DNA of 64,000 nt, taken from NCBI RefSeq assembly GCF_018350175.1, contig NC_058368.1, positions 51,275,815-51,339,814 on the forward strand. The letters are read 5' to 3'. The notes beneath the pieces are model-generated. The model saw only the letters and a list, made by a program, of their open reading frames with translations. It ran no database searches and had not been told where the DNA came from. Made by a program: the position numbers and the translations under genes. Numbering within the stretch: the stretch's first letter is position 1; the number at the start of each line of letters is the position of its first letter. Below are positions 62,204 to 64,000 of the stretch, piece by piece. The stretch comes from Felis catus. Its lineage: Eukaryota.

Positions 62204-63621
62204 CTATGAACAACAAAAGCAGTTACACATCAGTAGTCTGTACCTTAGTGTTAATAATATACCTACAACAAAACTATCTCCAAACTTCTAAGAAATTCAA
62301 AAAATAATCTACATTTAAGAAGTAGGTGTGAACCTTTCTAAATGTACATTCTATTAAGAGATTATATAGCAATAAAACTAGATTTTATCATTCTAAATTC
62401 ACAAATCATCACGGGACAGTATTTTCTTCTCTTAGTCATGCATTTCACTTAATTTATAATGCAGAACTATAAACATGTAAGTCATCACAGTCATAACATA
62501 TGAATGAACTTTATCACTCACTCTGAAAAGAAATACCAAAATTTCATCAACATTCTGTGGACCAACAGTTTTCAATCTATGTGACATAGAGCTCTAGGAA
62601 TTCTGGAGAGAATTAAGAAAGAGGTGGACTAAGTTTCCCCTCTTCAGTGGGACTATCCCCTCCTCTTATCTGTGAGTTTTCAAGACTTCATTTGCAGAAA
62701 ATACATATACAAAAGTGAATATATATACATAACTACAATATCATTAATTACAGACTTTCATTAGAGAGGATCAGTGAACTTATTTTGGATTGAAAGTGCT
62801 CTTTTCAATTACAGAGCCTGCTTTTGATCTAAGTTGGCTGTAGAAATCTGAAAGACCTATAAGAGGGAAAAAATTGAAGTTTATGATTCTAACAAGAATT
62901 TCAAACTATTCTGGGAAAGAAGGAAATATGGATGTCTAAGTCATGACCTTTGTAAGTTTTTCCAAGTTCGCAGATTAGGCACCTGCAATCGGAGCATTCT
63001 TTCTCATTGGAAAGTTAAGTTCATATGGGGAAAACCAGATAGTAACCTTCTGAGGGGGACCGATGCATCAGACTTTCCTCCAGGATCTGGTACAGAAGGG
63101 AAGCCTATTATACAGGCTGAATGACCAAGTGAAAAAAAGACAAATTAAAATTTTCTGACAAGGGGCTCAATGACCTCCTAGACCAAAGTCAAAGTGAACT
63201 AAGAAATGGAGGAAGTGGTTCCCAGGGTTAAATACTAAACTCTGCTCAGGTGCATGTAATCATTCAGAAATCCTAAAGGCTAAACTGTCGCTATGAATTA
63301 GTAATGAGTATACACTGGATAGATTAATTTAGAATAGATTCCAAAATAAGTCTCCAAGTAAGAAAAAGCAAAGGCTAGGGATTATAAAAGCAAAAGAGAG
63401 AAAAGATGTTATTTGGCAAGCAACTGAGTACATGCTAACTAATCAACATTCATTTGAATGATATAAGATATTTTGCATTGTGACATGATTTTTAAAATCA
63501 ACCTCCTGTCTGCATTTTGGGTAAAAAATTAGAAACATTCACTAAATTCAGTCAAAATGTTTAGATAAATTATATGGCAGAGCAAGCAGGACAGTGATAT
63601 GATTAAAAATAATGTTATTTT

Positions 63622-63848
63622 GGGGCGCCTGGGTGGCGCAGTCGGTTAAGCGTCCGACTTCAGCCAGGTCACGATCTCGCGGTCCGTGAGTTCGAGCCCC
63701 GCATCGGGCTCTGGGCTGATGGCTCAGAGCCTGGAGCCTGTTTGCAATTCTGTGTCTCCGTCTCTCTCTGCCCCTCCCCCGTTCATGCTCTCTCTCTGTC
63801 CCAAAAATAAATAAACGTTGAAAAAAATTAAAAAAAAAAAAAAAAAAA
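63622..63848 (+). mobile_element. Young SINEC_Fc
   Basis: CpG-rich, long pure polyA, TSD aaaaataatgttatttt. Confidence 0.93.
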
Positions 63849-64000
63849 ATAATGTTATTTTGCAAAATGTGAAGCACTTTAAAACATTTCAAAGTAGTTT
63901 TCTCAAACATACTAATATTCGATTCTTTTAAAACTTTGTGATAATAGCTGTGCAACAATGTGAATGTACTTAATGCCGATTTTCATAAAATTATTTTTTG

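Noticed and set aside
18866..63958. Recurrent MAQSVK...AQVMIS... and ...GRERGRHRIGNRLQALSHQPRA ORFs
   Set aside because: Translations of Can-SINEs, not genes

Overview
Mammalian genomic DNA, almost certainly felid (Can-SINE/SINEC_Fc and cat-type L1 repeats). The whole window lies inside MYCBP2 (PAM/Phr1, the Highwire/RPM-1 E3 ligase orthologue), transcribed on the minus strand. I assembled 21 internal exons by hand, from 62203 down to 743. They total 3007 nt, have consistent intron phases and no stops, and encode PHR2, a CUB-like region, a split filamin-type repeat carrying the RAE1-binding motif, and two tandem SH3b-like repeats. One intron has a GC donor. The most interesting signal is in the intron between the two SH3b-like repeats, in a SINE-free stretch (about 5.9-10.7 kb). 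It holds a 75-nt in-frame cassette exon and three candidate frame-shifting mini-exons (61+40+70 nt) that read open only when included together, each with a GCAUG motif downstream. Other introns contain about 22 Can-SINEs, a decayed full-length L1 nested in an older L1, a Tigger-like MITE, MIR/L2 relics and a 30-bp hairpin. No prokaryotic-type system is present. Most ORF-track entries are repeat-derived or intronic noise. Family names come from my recognition of the sequences, not from database searches.
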